Part shown: positions 63,977 through 64,000 of the stretch, one piece after another
How the letters are laid out: each line of letters starts with the position of its first letter
Numbering within the stretch: the first letter of the stretch is position 1
Assembly (NCBI GenBank): GCA_013265495.1
Contig: MU061579.1
Coordinates: forward strand, 3,035,319-3,099,318
DNA length: 64,000 nucleotides
Direction: 5' to 3'
Source: Vicugna vicugna
Lineage: Eukaryota
The notes under the pieces: model-generated
Database searches by the model: none
Seen by the model: only the letters and a program-made list of their open reading frames with translations
Told to the model about the DNA's origin: nothing
Made by a program: the position numbers and the translations under genes

Positions 63977-64000
63977 CTTGAGTTTCGAAGAATCTTGTAT

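Overview
This window is AT-rich, CpG-depleted mammalian non-coding DNA (gene desert or deep intron), not prokaryotic sequence. I found no supportable host CDS, rRNA, tRNA or CRISPR array. The only ORF-track entries resembling a protein I recognise are LINE-1 ORF2 remnants. Cetartiodactyl-type L1 3' ends, a camelid-like tRNA-derived SINE (36743-36867), and no recognisable Alu, BovB, Bov-tA or PRE-1 elements point to a camelid genome (inference). Much of the window is layered transposon debris: L1, L2, MIR, MaLR/MLT LTRs, ERV solo LTRs (two MER41-like) and DNA-transposon relics. Family names come from my recall of consensus sequences, not from a database search, and the boundaries of old repeats are approximate. 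The most notable observations are: a ~117-nt near-perfect hairpin in apparently unique DNA (38298-38414); a perfect 45-bp duplication flanking a 52-bp poly(A)-less L1-like patch (63835-63976); a MER41-like LTR keeping an intact STAT GAS motif and an internal triplication that a sister copy lacks; and several repeat-free, motif-dense enhancer candidates. I did not find evidence for a new multi-gene system.
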